A stretch of 64,000 nucleotides of DNA from the human T2T-CHM13v2.0 reference genome, Homo sapiens. Both the position numbers and the translations under genes were made by a program. Below are positions 63,710 through 64,000 of this stretch, in pieces (position 1 is the first letter of the stretch; each line of letters starts with the position of its first letter). The notes beneath the pieces were generated by a model, which did not search any database, was not told the DNA's origin, and saw only the letters and a list, made by a program, of their open reading frames with translations. Location: the NCBI RefSeq assembly GCF_009914755.1, contig NC_060938.1; one strand, written 5' to 3'.

Positions 63710-64000
63710 AGCACTTCCTTACTTTCTGGCACTACAAGATGCTCCAGGCTCATCATTTCCCAAGTCCTGAACCAACCATTTTTTCCAAGGAGCCCTGGTT
63801 CCTTTGGAGTACGGTATTAGAAATTAAAAGCTGGGTGCTAGGGATGCTTTCCCTCTCTTTTTACCCATACTGGTGACCTCTATTTCTGGGCCTCCCCATT
63901 CCCTCAGGGCCTACTTCTTTCCTGCTTCGCTGCCTTCTGGATTCTACGGCTGAGCTGCCCTCGACCCTACCATCCCTTGTCCATGCAGTGTACTTGTCCT

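Noticed and set aside
62943-63876. 250-aa Cys/Val-rich ORFs
   Set aside because: Simple-repeat artefact.

Overview
Mammalian (almost certainly human or great-ape) genomic DNA. It holds most of SLC10A1 (NTCP, the hepatic Na+/taurocholate cotransporter and HBV/HDV receptor) on the minus strand, with exons 1-4 complete and exon 5 cut by the window edge. Upstream lie the proximal promoter and about 43 kb of repeat-rich intergenic DNA. That DNA carries two deleted proviruses: a betaretrovirus-like HERV-K (LTR3/HML-6-like, + strand, 35129-39687) and a HERV-L/MLT2A (- strand, 45550-51488). It also carries an H/ACA snoRNA retrocopy (SNORA11-like), many Alus, L1/L2/MIR/MaLR/DNA-transposon remnants and long (TG)-rich microsatellites. 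I see no convincing new multi-gene system. The most unusual items are structural: an approximately 260-bp direct duplication flanking the HERV-L instead of a 5-bp TSD, an L1-mobilised MaLR-LTR 3' end nested in an inverted L1, an Alu TSD that duplicated the exon-3 splice donor, a pre-miRNA-sized hairpin beside a consensus CTCF site, and a micro-inversion. Repeat subfamily names come from recalled consensus sequences and repeat boundaries are approximate.
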